A stretch of DNA of 64,000 nt from a virus (IMGVR_UViG_3300035670_000040:32001-96000), one strand, 5' to 3'. Counted from the stretch's first letter, positions 1-10,114 are shown. Notes: a model not told the origin generated them from the sequence alone. Numbers and translations are program-made.

Positions 1-1281
1 GCAAATAAAAAGGCAATACAAAAATTAGTTTCAAAACAAAAAGAAATAGGTGAATTGGAAAAAAAATTAGGGAGTGGTGGATGTTATTCTGTTACGGCAT
101 TGAAAGATGTTGTAATTTCTGCTGGTGGTCCTATGAATGATGCAAAATGTTATGCTGAGACGACAAATATATCAGAACCTATTGGTGGACAAACAAAAGG
201 AGAGGATGGAAAGGGTAGTACTCAAACAATAAGAGCTAGATCTGCAAAAAGTTTAAAAGATGTTCCATATATCCCCCCTGTGCAGTATCCAGGTGGTAAT
301 ATACTACTTAAAGGTGGTAATGCTGTAAAAATAATCGCGGGAGCACCAGGTATTGAATTGAATACAATAGGAAAAATATCATTAAATTGTGGTTCTATAG
401 AAATTTTATCATCAGATGGGAAATTGTTACTTGGATCAAAAAATCACACAACTCTAAGTGGCAAAGTTGTAACGATAAATGCTAATGACAAAACAAAAGA
501 AGGTGGTGTTAATATAAATTCTCCACATATGATATGCAAGGGATTCACTGCAACCGGAGATATTGGTATAAAGGGTGGAGCTAGAATTGATGGTGAATTA
601 TCAATACCTTATTTAAATACTGTTGCTCAAAGAATGCAGTGTGATGATGGTATGTCACCAGATCAAAGAATTCCTTTTGCGAATTGGGCCATAGGTGCAG
701 CACAATCAAATGACACGGCAAACACAGTAAGGCTTGCTTTGACACATTATTCCATGACTGGTTCGTTATTATTGCTTTCAAATATTATAAAATTTGTAAT
801 GGAAAATTATAATACAATCCTTACAAATTGCATACTTGAACCATCAATAACGGGTATATATTATGGTTTTTGTTTAAATTCAGCAGGACCTGGTTCTTCT
901 TGGGGATATATTCAAAACTTTGCACACAATCATATGGAAGATCCCAAACCACATCATCATGATTATATTATGCCAAAAGGTACATATTACGATGATATTG
1001 CTGGGGTAAATGATTCTGCTGTTGAACCAAACGAGGTTCCTACAAGGGCAAGAAAAAACGGATTAGGACCAGAAGGTGGACCGAAATCATTAGCTGGTTG
1101 TGGTGGTTTTGGTGGTTGGGCTGGTTCTTCTGGTGGAAGAAAAGCTAAATTAAACTCCTTTGGTTTAGACAACGATTTAAAAGGATTTAACGGTACTGTT
1201 ATTAATAAAAACAACACTAAAGTAGTATATGAAAAAGATGGTAATGTTCGTTTGACAGTAGATGAAACTCCTTGTGATTAA
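1..1281 (+). CDS. Baseplate central spike (gp5/VgrG-like), C-terminal part; 5'-truncated
   Basis: Frame is open from base 1 (the ORF-track start at 55 is an internal TTG). Short beta-strand repeats (GGNILLKGGNAVKIIAG...KISLNCGSIEI...TTLSGKVVTINA) typical of spike beta-helices; His cluster HNH...PHHH resembles metal-binding spike tips. Confidence 0.55.
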   Translation, partial: ANKKAIQKLVSKQKEIGELEKKLGSGGCYSVTALKDVVISAGGPMNDAKCYAETTNISEPIGGQTKGEDGKGSTQTIRARSAKSLKDVPYIPPVQYPGGNILLKGGNAVKIIAGAPGIELNTIGKISLNCGSIEILSSDGKLLLGSKNHTTLSGKVVTINANDKTKEGGVNINSPHMICKGFTATGDIGIKGGARIDGELSIPYLNTVAQRMQCDDGMSPDQRIPFANWAIGAAQSNDTANTVRLALTHYSMTGSLLLLSNIIKFVMENYNTILTNCILEPSITGIYYGFCLNSAGPGSSWGYIQNFAHNHMEDPKPHHHDYIMPKGTYYDDIAGVNDSAVEPNEVPTRARKNGLGPEGGPKSLAGCGGFGGWAGSSGGRKAKLNSFGLDNDLKGFNGTVINKNNTKVVYEKDGNVRLTVDETPCD

Positions 1282-2096
1282 TCTATTATTTTTGGCCAAA
1301 ATGGACCAGTAAGAGCATCAACTAGGTCCATATCATTTGATGATCTCATATCCTTAACATTTTTAATCTGTATCTTTAAATTAAGTTTAGTTGCAACAAT
1401 GTTTCTTGAATCAAAATAATATTTAAAATATTTCATTTCTTTTTTTTCATTTTGAACTTTTACTACAAATAATGGAATTTCTCTTCCATATTTTATTCTT
1501 TCTAGATCACCTGTACTATATGATATTAATTCTACATTCCAACCTTTATTAAGATAATTTTTCTTTATAAACTCAGAAAAATCTTCAGCGGTTTTATTTA
1601 ATTTTTCATTCCAAATATCGTATGTAAATTTTTTTAAACTTTCTAGTGTTATTTCTTCATTAATATCATTAATATCAAACCCACCTTGTCCACAAACTTC
1701 TTTTACATTATAAACTTCTTTTCCAGAAGGATCACATATTATCTCATCTTCTATTCTACATCCGTCTTGAAGTATTGAAAGCTTTACCTCAAGAAGTGGC
1801 TTGTATTTATCTAATGTTCTTTTCATTAATTCACCTAGACTTAATCTAGGATCACCAACATCGGTTAAGTTTACTAATGAATCAATCCAAGGACTTATAT
1901 CAAAAGCAGAAGGACCAGGTATTAAAACAGGATCAACATCATCTCTTTTAGCTAATTTTATAACTTCGCAAAGAAATGGTGTTATATTTTCTACTGTTAA
2001 ATTTTTTGGATTTGATAAATCTGGATATTTTGATATATCAGGAAGTTCTGGGATTTCACATACGTCTGGATTTAATGGTTTACTAGAACTGCTCAT
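1278..2096 (-). CDS. Hypothetical protein
   Basis: 272-aa ATG ORF, last gene of a tightly packed minus-strand run; no recognisable motif. Confidence 0.7.
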   Translation of the reverse strand: MSSSSKPLNPDVCEIPELPDISKYPDLSNPKNLTVENITPFLCEVIKLAKRDDVDPVLIPGPSAFDISPWIDSLVNLTDVGDPRLSLGELMKRTLDKYKPLLEVKLSILQDGCRIEDEIICDPSGKEVYNVKEVCGQGGFDINDINEEITLESLKKFTYDIWNEKLNKTAEDFSEFIKKNYLNKGWNVELISYSTGDLERIKYGREIPLFVVKVQNEKKEMKYFKYYFDSRNIVATKLNLKIQIKNVKDMRSSNDMDLVDALTGPFWPKIID

Positions 2097-2098
2097 AA

Positions 2099-2470
2099 TT
2101 ATTCAACCTCACCTTGATGCTGTTGTATAAAAACATTTTTAAGAAACTCCATTACTGCATCTTTATCTTTTGGAGATTCATATCCCTGTAAAATAACTCT
2201 TTCACCATCCATAGTATAACCTAAAAGAAGAAAACTACTTAAGTATTCTTCAATAATACCTTTTAAAATTGTTAAATCTCTAATAACAACAGAATTTCTT
2301 CCTTCGTTGGACTTCAACCATTTATCCATACTTCTTTTTAGTTCAACAGCATTTAATGCATCATATAATTTATTTTCAATATCATCTATTTTTTGTGATG
2401 AAGATGATAAATTAGGCATTGTTGATTGTATTTGTTTTGGTTTTTTAGTCCTTTTTTTATTAGGAGGCAT
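2099..2470 (-). CDS. Hypothetical protein
   Basis: 123-aa ORF with 2-nt gaps to both neighbours. Confidence 0.75.
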   Translation of the reverse strand: MPPNKKRTKKPKQIQSTMPNLSSSSQKIDDIENKLYDALNAVELKRSMDKWLKSNEGRNSVVIRDLTILKGIIEEYLSSFLLLGYTMDGERVILQGYESPKDKDAVMEFLKNVFIQQHQGEVE

Positions 2471-2472
2471 GA

Positions 2473-2796
2473 TTAATTTCCTTTGTATGTTGATGATTTA
2501 TTGTTAATATTAAATTTACTTAAATATTCAACAACAATTTCTATTGAAGATGTTTTTATTCTAAAATTTTCAGGGATATATTGACCTCCATCATAAATTT
2601 CAAAAAATTCTTCTCCCAAATAATTTTTATTATTGAAACAAGTTATTAATATAGATGTATTTGATGGATCAACGATTACAGTCCAATTTCTACAATCATT
2701 ATTACTATAATCTACATATAACTTATCAGCCACATATCCACTATCTCTTAATCTTTTAAGAAAATAACTTATTGATGTTATCTTAGTTTTTGCCAT
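2473..2796 (-). CDS. Hypothetical protein
   Basis: 107-aa ATG ORF, co-oriented with neighbours; TAATTA element 7 nt upstream of the ATG. Confidence 0.75.
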   Translation of the reverse strand: MAKTKITSISYFLKRLRDSGYVADKLYVDYSNNDCRNWTVIVDPSNTSILITCFNNKNYLGEEFFEIYDGGQYIPENFRIKTSSIEIVVEYLSKFNINNKSSTYKGN

Positions 2797-2820
2797 ATTA
2801 ATATAATTATTGCAATAATT

Positions 2821-3567
2821 TCACTTAACAAGTGCTGATGTTATATATTTTACATCAATAAATTCATCTTCTTTTACATTAAAGACAAAAACCTTGTATT
2901 CATTATTTATTTTTACATTTATACTACTATTTTTTGTATAAATCAAATTTTTAAAAAGTTCTATACTTATTGGTGTTGGTTGTTTAATTGAATCACCAAT
3001 ATATTTGTCACATATTTTAAATTCAACACTATCTTTATTATATTGTGTTAAATCATTAATTTCTGCATATATAGAACTCTCATTTTCCTTAAAATATATC
3101 TTTGAAACGTCTGGTGAAAACGAATAAGCAGACATTATTTTATTCTGACAAGGTAATGGTATTGAAAACTCTGTATCAAATTTTAAATTTGATATTTTTT
3201 TAAGACTAAATGGTGTTTTTGACATTACACTATCATCAACCAAGTGATATTTAAAATGTGTTTTATCAGGAACATCTTTTGTTTGACATTTTAAATAATT
3301 CTCATTAATTATTATTTCTATAAATTTAGAATCCAAACAATCCAAACCACATAAAAACCTTTGAATGTCTATAATATTTATTTTATGCGGTTCTTCTTGC
3401 TTTTCTGCAAGAATACCTTTTATGTAAAGAATAACTATATTATCGGATGATGAACTTATTGAATAAATTTGATCATCTTCTATTTTTATCGTACAGCTAT
3501 CACATAATCTCCCAATAGTTTTTAAAAATCTTTGAAGAAAAGACTTTTCAACAGAAAAACTTGTCAT
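2821..3567 (-). CDS. gp45: DNA polymerase sliding clamp (T4 gp45/PCNA-like)
   Basis: 248 aa, two-domain alpha/beta pattern of clamps (FLQRFLKTI...INIIDIQRFL...FKYHLVDDS...VKYITSALVK); replication gene context. Confidence 0.7.
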   Translation of the reverse strand: MTSFSVEKSFLQRFLKTIGRLCDSCTIKIEDDQIYSISSSSDNIVILYIKGILAEKQEEPHKINIIDIQRFLCGLDCLDSKFIEIIINENYLKCQTKDVPDKTHFKYHLVDDSVMSKTPFSLKKISNLKFDTEFSIPLPCQNKIMSAYSFSPDVSKIYFKENESSIYAEINDLTQYNKDSVEFKICDKYIGDSIKQPTPISIELFKNLIYTKNSSINVKINNEYKVFVFNVKEDEFIDVKYITSALVK

Positions 3568-3986
3568 TTTTGATTTGCTTTATTTATGTTCTGAAACACT
3601 TTTCCAAACATTCCAGTTAATTTTGTTAAGTTGTTATTAATTTTTTCCAAATTTGTGTTTATATTCTTAATATCAAATTCTAAACTAGAATAAGAAATCT
3701 GGTTATCATGTGTTTGTGTATTAGAAATACTTTGAGGTTGAATGTTTTGGATAGGTGGAATACTGTGAACTTGATAGTTTTGTGAAGATTGATCTCTATT
3801 AGGTGGTAGAGCCTGTGCTTGTTTAGCTCCTTTTACAAATTCATGTAGATTTATTCTATCAGCTGGAACATCCGGCCTAGATTCCATCATGGAATCTATG
3901 TTTCTCATTTTACTTTTAACCATACCAGCCAAAAGTGCTGCTTCCATTGCTTCTTCTTGTTCAGATATCATTTTATTTTTCTCCAT
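3564..3986 (-). CDS. Hypothetical protein, Gln/Pro-rich linker and C-terminal coiled coil
   Basis: 140-aa ORF; alternative ATG at 3971 would remove the overlap with folE2. Confidence 0.7.
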   Translation of the reverse strand: MEKNKMISEQEEAMEAALLAGMVKSKMRNIDSMMESRPDVPADRINLHEFVKGAKQAQALPPNRDQSSQNYQVHSIPPIQNIQPQSISNTQTHDNQISYSSLEFDIKNINTNLEKINNNLTKLTGMFGKVFQNINKANQK

Positions 3987-4797
3987 ATTCTATTTTTACC
4001 AATGTTTCATATGTGTTTATACTTTCTTTTTGTGAAAGTTTAACCAAATAATGCTTAATATGTCTTTCATTTACATATTTTTGTAATTTTTCAGATACAT
4101 TTTTTGCAATTTCTTCTATAAAAAGTGCATTTTCATACATTAATTCTGTTTGATATGCTTCATCTTGTAAGTTTGTCATATTATATACAGGACTTGAACA
4201 TGATTTATCTAACAAAACTATTAAATCGTCTATCCAAAACGATTTTTTAATATTAATATCATCGAATTCTACTCTAAAGAAAGCATTTCCTCTCTGATTA
4301 TGAGCGCCATAATCAGAAATCTCTTTTGAAGCTGGGCAAAGCGATGAATATGGTAAGTTTGTTTCTAGAAAATATTTCTTTTTATTTCCTTCTAAGCACA
4401 AATAAATGGAAGAATCGTACTTATACAAACATTTCTTGTTAGAAACAGGTGTTTGTTTTGTGCAAAAGTATGAAAAATCAACTTTTATGTTTAAATTTTG
4501 TGATTCAAAATCTTTTATAAACCTATTTTGCACATCATCAAACAACTCATCTATAGTTGGAAATGTTTTTGACAAAAAATAATCAGATATTTTGTTAATG
4601 TTTACACCATTTGTTTTATTATTAAGTGAAGTTTCGATCCTTACATGACAAGGAGACATATAAGAGTCTCCACTCTTGCTTACTATTTTTATAGGTATGA
4701 ACAAATCTCCACACCCAACTACAGTTGAGTGTGGAGATTGATCAACTACGTTTTTGGAAACGTATAAAATATCATTTTCTTTCTTTTTTTCAGGCAT
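3973..4797 (-). CDS. folE2: GTP cyclohydrolase IB (FolE2)-family T-fold protein with divergent active site
   Basis: SLCPASKEISDYGAHNQRG, K-x-TPVS, DEAYQTELMYEN-x2-FIEE and ESI motifs match FolE2. Start moved to ATG 4797 (MPEKK) because the longer ORF overlaps gp32. Confidence 0.85.
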   Translation of the reverse strand: MPEKKKENDILYVSKNVVDQSPHSTVVGCGDLFIPIKIVSKSGDSYMSPCHVRIETSLNNKTNGVNINKISDYFLSKTFPTIDELFDDVQNRFIKDFESQNLNIKVDFSYFCTKQTPVSNKKCLYKYDSSIYLCLEGNKKKYFLETNLPYSSLCPASKEISDYGAHNQRGNAFFRVEFDDINIKKSFWIDDLIVLLDKSCSSPVYNMTNLQDEAYQTELMYENALFIEEIAKNVSEKLQKYVNERHIKHYLVKLSQKESINTYETLVKIEYGEK

Positions 4798-4801
4798 GAT
4801 A

Positions 4802-5698
4802 TTAAAGATCTTTAAGAATTTCTTCAATTTTAGCATCAGCATCATCAAAACTATCTGTTTCTTCTTTAACTTGCTTTTTTTCAACTACGTTTTTCTTTTC
4901 AAAGATACCAGCATTTGATTCAATTTCAACCATATTATCGTAATTTGCATCTTCATTCTCCGATAATGTCTGTTGTGCGTCTTGAGAATCTTTTTCAAGA
5001 CCTAAAAAGTGGAAATCTAGCAATTCTTTAATCTCAGCATAAGTTTTATGGTTAAAAATCTTATCCAAATCTTTAATTTGAGTATAAATTTCGTCAATAT
5101 CATCAATTCCATCAAGTTTAGAAGGAGACATAAACTTGGAACTAACATATGTCGGATATCCACCCTCATTCTGTTCAACTTTAATCTTAAAACTACAACC
5201 ATTCTCTGATAAATCAAACACTTTTGCACCAAACTCGTCAGATTCATCTCCAGAAATTGCATCAGTAATAATTTTGTTCAACTGTTTACCATATCTAAGA
5301 ATTTTTACCTTTCCTTCGTTATCTGGATTGGTTGGATCTTTAACAACGTAGACATTTGCAAGCCAAGATTCATTTCTCTTAATTGGACGGGTCTTATCGA
5401 TCTCTGTTTCGTTCTTTGTACGATAAATTCTCGAACGATACTCTTCAATTGGGCATTTTTCTCCATATGTTGTTGGACAGAGAAAAGAAATCATATTGTT
5501 TGACACAACACTCTTCCACATATGGTGATAATAGTGGAAAAATGTCCTATCTGGTGCTTCAATGTTTGGAAGCAACCTAAGAACATATGTTTTTCCTGTC
5601 TCCATTTTCATAAAATCCTTGAAATTGCTTTCAGTTGGAGCTTTTTTGTTGAGTGCATCCTTAATGGATTCGAATAGATTACTAGTGTATTTGTTCAT
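4802..5698 (-). CDS. gp32: Single-stranded DNA-binding protein (T4 gp32-like)
   Basis: LRLLP, CPTTYGEKCPI, ANVYVVKDPTNPDNEGKVKILRYGK, FDLSENGCSFKIK, YVSSKF, acidic tail ending EEILKDL. Confidence 0.92.
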   Translation of the reverse strand: MNKYTSNLFESIKDALNKKAPTESNFKDFMKMETGKTYVLRLLPNIEAPDRTFFHYYHHMWKSVVSNNMISFLCPTTYGEKCPIEEYRSRIYRTKNETEIDKTRPIKRNESWLANVYVVKDPTNPDNEGKVKILRYGKQLNKIITDAISGDESDEFGAKVFDLSENGCSFKIKVEQNEGGYPTYVSSKFMSPSKLDGIDDIDEIYTQIKDLDKIFNHKTYAEIKELLDFHFLGLEKDSQDAQQTLSENEDANYDNMVEIESNAGIFEKKNVVEKKQVKEETDSFDDADAKIEEILKDL

Positions 5699-5733
5699 AA
5701 TTTTCAGACTGCGATATTAGTTTATTTTTTGTG

Positions 5734-6375
5734 TTATGTCAAATTCTTTTTGACAAAATCTTTTGTTTTATTAACCCAAAGTATTATTTTTTCCTTTGAA
5801 TGACAATTATTGAATCTTATTTTATAAGATTCAATATTCTTTATAAGATTTGGAATCCAAATATTTCGTTCGTCCTCTTGAAGCATAAAGAATTCAGTGG
5901 AAACACCAATTGCTATTAAAGAATAAATGTTTATTTTTCCTTCTTTATAATGTTTTACCCATGTTGGCATACATAAAGTTTTATGTTTTATGTATGAATC
6001 CATATTAATTCTTTCTCTTAGACAAAAAGATCCTAAATATATAATACTGTTTTTTATTTCATCTAACTGAGAATCAGGTGAGCAGTTTTCTTTGTGATCT
6101 TTATATAAAGAAAAGCATTTTATAGCCTTTCTTGATGTAAAAAATGATAATGGAGGATAATTTTCATTAGGATATACAAAAGAAAATGATTCAAAGAAAA
6201 AATTCAAATTTATATGTTTGAATTTATTAAAAAAGTTTTCTAATTTATACAAATCAATTCTAGTTGATGAATTGATGTTATCAAAATTCTTTCTAGGATT
6301 ATATGGTTCACCTTTCCTAGAATATTTCAAATAACAATTGTATATTTGTTTTTGTTTTTCGGTTATGTCGGTCAC
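5734..6375 (-). CDS. Hypothetical helical protein, possible helicase loader (gp59-like)
   Basis: 213 aa, basic and aromatic-rich, immediately upstream of gp32 as gp59 is in T4; function from size and synteny only. Confidence 0.45.
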   Translation of the reverse strand: MTDITEKQKQIYNCYLKYSRKGEPYNPRKNFDNINSSTRIDLYKLENFFNKFKHINLNFFFESFSFVYPNENYPPLSFFTSRKAIKCFSLYKDHKENCSPDSQLDEIKNSIIYLGSFCLRERINMDSYIKHKTLCMPTWVKHYKEGKINIYSLIAIGVSTEFFMLQEDERNIWIPNLIKNIESYKIRFNNCHSKEKIILWVNKTKDFVKKNLT

Positions 6376-6662
6376 TTGTTAAATTTTGAACGAAATATTT
6401 TTTTGTAAAAACCAGGTATATTGTCTATATATGTTTTTATAACATATTGAAGATTATATTCTCCTAAAAGATCACAATATAACTTTTGAATTTCTTTATC
6501 TTCAATAATTAATTTTAATAAATTAAGAAAATTTAATTTTTTATTCTGACAGATACTTATAAAAGAACCAAATTGAAGAGTAATTTCTTCAAATTCGTTT
6601 ACATCCAAAGAATTTGATGGATTTATTAATTTTTCTATTTGTTGATACGATGTTATAATCAT
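6372..6662 (-). CDS. Hypothetical protein
   Basis: 96 aa, 4-nt start/stop overlaps with both neighbours. Confidence 0.7.
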   Translation of the reverse strand: MIITSYQQIEKLINPSNSLDVNEFEEITLQFGSFISICQNKKLNFLNLLKLIIEDKEIQKLYCDLLGEYNLQYVIKTYIDNIPGFYKKIFRSKFNK

Positions 6663-7582
6663 TGTGGTTTCAAATTCTTCATCATTTCCATAAAAACAGG
6701 TGTCAATTTTCCTCCTGCGGAATTTGAACTACCACCACCTTCGCAAACTTTTTCTGCAAACACACTGATATCAAAATTTTTAATACTTGATTTTTTTCTC
6801 ATGTTTACTTTTTCTGTTTTCACGTTTATAAAAAAGAATATATCTGGATCATACTTATTAATAAGGCAATCAATAGCAAGTAAATTGTATTTTTCACCAA
6901 TAACAGCAATAGTATTGTATTTTTCTTCTTTTATTTTTAATTCACCAGAAAATTTCTGATAAGATTCTGCTAATTTACATCCCAAATATTTTTCATTCTC
7001 AATTAATTTTTTTTGAGATTCTGTAAATGGTTTAAATCCTGATTTGTAGTCTTCTATGAATTTAGAAAAATTATTTTTATATTCTGACCAGAACAATACA
7101 TTTAGATCATACGAGTCTTTAAGTTTTAAGTCATAACAATCAAAATCATTAGCCAGTGCTATAAGATATTTTTGACTTGTTGTTAGGGTATTTTTTTCTT
7201 TTAAAAAGGTATTATACATCAATGATGTATTCGATGTGGTTTCTTTAAAAACTACTTTTGATGTTTTAAACTGATTTAAAAATTTTTCTGATCTTTTGTG
7301 GTGATCTATAAAAACAAATTCAGAACTATCAAAATTTAAAAAACTTTCTCTTAAAGAAAAATCCATAATAAGAGTTGTTGGTTTGTTTATTGTTTTTTCA
7401 TTATACAACATCAACCTATCTTCAATGGTATTATTAAATAATTCCTCATATTCTATAGTTGCATCTGGTCTTGCCCATAAAAAACAAAGAAGACTTACAG
7501 CACCATCGAGATCACCGTGAGTGAAAACCTTATACAATTTATTTGACATTAAAATACTTATATCCATATCATTCAATATCAT
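6659..7582 (-). CDS. DHH-family phosphoesterase/nuclease (NrnA/RecJ-like)
   Basis: THGDLDG, IMDF, FIDHH, ANDFD and DHHA1-type GGGSSNSAGG. True start may be ATG 7549. Confidence 0.88.
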   Translation of the reverse strand: MILNDMDISILMSNKLYKVFTHGDLDGAVSLLCFLWARPDATIEYEELFNNTIEDRLMLYNEKTINKPTTLIMDFSLRESFLNFDSSEFVFIDHHKRSEKFLNQFKTSKVVFKETTSNTSLMYNTFLKEKNTLTTSQKYLIALANDFDCYDLKLKDSYDLNVLFWSEYKNNFSKFIEDYKSGFKPFTESQKKLIENEKYLGCKLAESYQKFSGELKIKEEKYNTIAVIGEKYNLLAIDCLINKYDPDIFFFINVKTEKVNMRKKSSIKNFDISVFAEKVCEGGGSSNSAGGKLTPVFMEMMKNLKPQ

Positions 7583-8951
7583 CTCCTAATGATGCTAGTA
7601 ATCCTATTGTATCAGATACGTGACTTTTTTCATTTTTATTTTCTCTATTGCTAGAAACAATAAAAGAAGTGGAGACATTATCTGGATCTTTTAATGTTAA
7701 AGTTGGATAATCTATTTCTAATACAGTATGACAATCTCTAGGACCAAACCTGTTTTTTGTTATACCTAGATGTATTATTCCTAGTTCAATGTCTTCTTCT
7801 TCTGTCCATATCGAAAATTGAGCATCTGCTGTGTGTGAAAGACCCATAGATTCACTAGTTGTTTCAAGACCTGGATTTTGTTGATTATATCCAGATCTAT
7901 TTGTCTGAGTAGCTGAAATAACAGGACATTCAAATTGATAAGACATTGCTCTAACCATTTCTGTTATTTCTTTAACAGCCTCATAAGAAGAGACACCTTT
8001 CTCACTAGGAGCAATAAGATTTAAATAATCCAAAATAATAACATCAGGTTTTATTCCAGATGCTATTAATTTTTCTATATATGTTTTTATATGAAAACAA
8101 GAAACTGTTTTAGGAGGAAATTCTTTTATTATAAGTTTTGAATTTTTGTGTTTTATCTTATAAGAATTTAATTTATCTTTTAAAAGAACAATCTGATCAG
8201 CTAAATCATCCATACATATTTGTGACAATTGTGAACTTATTCTTTTTGCATAAACTTGTTCAGACATTTCCATAGAAATTAAAACAACATTTTTATTTTG
8301 ATTTAAAATATTTGTTGCTATATTTCCTAAAAATATAGATTTACCAACGTTTGTTACACCGTAAAAAACATATAATGCCCTACCAGTTGCAAGGAATCCT
8401 CCACCTATTCTTTCATCCAACCACTTCCAACCAGAAGGAATGTATGTAAATGTTTTTTGTAATTCCTGACAATGTAAATCTATATTTTCCAAATAATCAA
8501 AACCATTGTCGATTACAAGAGATATTGAACACGCCTTTTCAAAAGATTTTAAAATTTCAGAAGTGTTTATGTTTCCACTTTGAATGTTTAAACTGGTCTT
8601 CAAAACAGTATTAAATACCGATTTTTCTTTTAAAAATTTTTCTGTATTCTTTGTAAGAAGTTCTTTGTTATATTTTTTATCAATATCCGAAAACCCCAAG
8701 AAAACTTCTTTTATAATTTTTCTCTTTGATTCATCAACAACATTTAATTTTAATTCAGTTGGGTTTGGTATTTTTTTATGATTTCTATAAAAATCACAAA
8801 GTATAGATATAAATGTTCTATTCTTTTCATCCGAAAAGAATGAAGGATTTAAATGTTCATATATTGATTCAAAATATGAACTATCAAAAAAACAATTATA
8901 TGTTATAACCTTTTCAAAAAGGTCATAATCAAAATCAATAACTTCTCCCAT
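7569..8951 (-). CDS. gp41: Replicative DNA helicase (T4 gp41/DnaB-like)
   Basis: Walker A GVTNVGKS, ISMEM, IIKEFP, ILDYLNL, SATQTNR, TSESMG, KNRFG. Confidence 0.95.
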   Translation of the reverse strand: MGEVIDFDYDLFEKVITYNCFFDSSYFESIYEHLNPSFFSDEKNRTFISILCDFYRNHKKIPNPTELKLNVVDESKRKIIKEVFLGFSDIDKKYNKELLTKNTEKFLKEKSVFNTVLKTSLNIQSGNINTSEILKSFEKACSISLVIDNGFDYLENIDLHCQELQKTFTYIPSGWKWLDERIGGGFLATGRALYVFYGVTNVGKSIFLGNIATNILNQNKNVVLISMEMSEQVYAKRISSQLSQICMDDLADQIVLLKDKLNSYKIKHKNSKLIIKEFPPKTVSCFHIKTYIEKLIASGIKPDVIILDYLNLIAPSEKGVSSYEAVKEITEMVRAMSYQFECPVISATQTNRSGYNQQNPGLETTSESMGLSHTADAQFSIWTEEEDIELGIIHLGITKNRFGPRDCHTVLEIDYPTLTLKDPDNVSTSFIVSSNRENKNEKSHVSDTIGLLASLGDDIE

Positions 8952-8953
8952 AA

Positions 8954-10102
8954 TTATTCTTCAATAAGAACTTTTTCAGATTTTTGTTTTAAAACAATAT
9001 TTGCTTCGTTTTTAAATTTTAGTTCATGTTTAAGTTTATTTTCCAATAATGGTAAAATCTTGGATTCCCAAACGGAATCATCATCTTTCCAATCTTTATA
9101 AAAACCAAGAACTTCTTCACCGACAGCATATCTATGTCCTTGTTTATGTATTATTCCATATCCTTCAGCCATTTCTAACAAACCAGAATACTTTGATAAA
9201 CCTGTTCTGAAATTAAGATACATTTCACATTCCAAGAAAGGAGGAACAAAACGATTTTTTGTTGTCAAAACTCTCATAGTCAATCCATTCACATCTTTTG
9301 ATAAAGGAGTCACTTCATCGCTTGCATTTTTGTTATCGGATTTTCCTACTCTTTCTTGTTTTGTTGCCATTTGAACAAGTACAGATGACATATAAAGAGG
9401 ACCAGATCCTCCGCTTTGACTTTTAACAAGTGTTGGATACATCGCACCAGGATTATCATAAATATGATTAGTAAAAACCACTGGACAGTTTGCTTTTGCC
9501 GCAGCATGTGTAATTGCTCTCAACATAGACTTCAAAGAAACTGCCCTAGCCCCCATATCAGCGGAATCTTTACCATCTTCTATAACCTTGGCTTCTCTTG
9601 CAGAGATTAAATTTCCCAAGGAGTCGATAGCAAGAAGAACTTTTCCCTGAAGACCCTTTTCTATAATGGTTTTTAAGAATTTTACAATCTGGTTTCTACA
9701 ATCTTCTATAATCTCTGTCGGACAATGTTTGATTTTTTTAGGATCACATCCTAAATTTATTGCTGTTTCTGGATCAAGAGCATTTTCTGTATCAAAGTAA
9801 ACAACATGCATTCCTTTTCTCTGTGCTGTTGCCATAATTTTGTTTACCATCAAAGTCTTTCCACATGCTTGTGGACCAGCAAATCCCGTAATCCTACCCA
9901 TGGGAATTCCTCCATAAAGAGAACCAGAAATGATAGCATTAAGAGCCATACAACCAGTATCAATCCATTCACTTACTGTTGAAAGTGTATTTTCATTTAA
10001 GAACGCAGCATCTGGATTAAGATCATCCAGAACCTTAAAAGCATCTTCAATATATCCAGTTTCTTCGTTTTGTTGATTTGTTTCTTTTTTTGTTTTTGCC
10101 AT
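8954..10102 (-). CDS. uvsX: RecA-like recombinase UvsX
   Basis: WIDTGCMALNAIISGSLYGGIP, Walker A GPQACGKT, YFDTE, IDSLGNL, DMGARA, TNHIY, SGGSG, KNRF. Confidence 0.95.
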   Translation of the reverse strand: MAKTKKETNQQNEETGYIEDAFKVLDDLNPDAAFLNENTLSTVSEWIDTGCMALNAIISGSLYGGIPMGRITGFAGPQACGKTLMVNKIMATAQRKGMHVVYFDTENALDPETAINLGCDPKKIKHCPTEIIEDCRNQIVKFLKTIIEKGLQGKVLLAIDSLGNLISAREAKVIEDGKDSADMGARAVSLKSMLRAITHAAAKANCPVVFTNHIYDNPGAMYPTLVKSQSGGSGPLYMSSVLVQMATKQERVGKSDNKNASDEVTPLSKDVNGLTMRVLTTKNRFVPPFLECEMYLNFRTGLSKYSGLLEMAEGYGIIHKQGHRYAVGEEVLGFYKDWKDDDSVWESKILPLLENKLKHELKFKNEANIVLKQKSEKVLIEE

Positions 10103-10114
10103 AATTGTTGAATG

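Noticed and set aside
4798-4884. N-terminal extension of FolE2 in the ORF track
   Set aside because: Overlaps the gp32 3' end; ATG 4797 gives a normal FolE2 length.
6372-6662. gp33 late co-activator
   Set aside because: Position and size fit T4 synteny but no recognisable gp33 motif or acidic tail.
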